The position numbers and the translations under genes were made by a program. Shown piece by piece: positions 37,843 to 37,917 of a stretch of DNA of 37,917 nucleotides. The stretch's first letter is position 1. Each line of letters starts with the position of its first letter. Origin of the DNA: Rhodothermales bacterium (GTDB taxonomy: Bacteria; Bacteroidota; Rhodothermia; Rhodothermales; VXPQ01); the NCBI GenBank assembly GCA_040904565.1, contig JBBDTI010000044.1, positions 1 through 37,917 of the forward strand. Direction: 5' to 3'. Under the pieces are notes generated by a model, which was given only the letters and a program-made list of their open reading frames with translations, did no database searches and was not told the origin of the DNA.

Positions 37843-37917
37843 CTACCGCAGCAACGGCTGCATCGGATCCAGGCGTCCGACGTAGTAGTCAACCAGCTTC
37901 GCCTGAAACAGCATGTC
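37843..37917 (-). CDS. C-terminal fragment of probable TolC-family outer membrane protein (runs off the window)
   Basis: DMLFQAKLVDYYVGRLDPMQPLLR-stop, directly upstream of the adaptor gene; only 24 aa visible. Confidence 0.55.
   Translation of the reverse strand, partial: DMLFQAKLVDYYVGRLDPMQPLLR

Overview
GC-rich bacterial chromosomal segment with no phage, IS, CRISPR, rRNA or tRNA detected. Gene content and style (Tat-exported Gfo/Idh/MocA enzymes, plug-only SusC-like lipoprotein, DUF5117/EcxA-type lipoprotein, osmC-metZ pair, acidic tails) suggest Rhodothermota/Bacteroidota; this is inference. Housekeeping genes: clpB, FKBP PPIase, smc, ftsH, uvrA, and a SAM-I riboswitch-controlled osmC-like/metZ operon. 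Also present: transporters (EamA, nucleoside-type MFS, a MacAB-TolC-like set split over both strands), a sulfatase, an ABC1 kinase and sugar-processing enzymes. The most unusual items: (i) six tandem 13-bp repeats abutting the smc start codon, with a perfect DnaA box upstream; (ii) two divergent small Cys-rich genes separated by two TTTAGA-N5-TCTAAA-type palindromes, one gene carrying a motif I associate with phage loci; (iii) a candidate sRNA/attenuator with an anti-SD-like loop; (iv) a metalloprotease-family gene that has lost its catalytic middle. All calls were made by eye; no searches were run.
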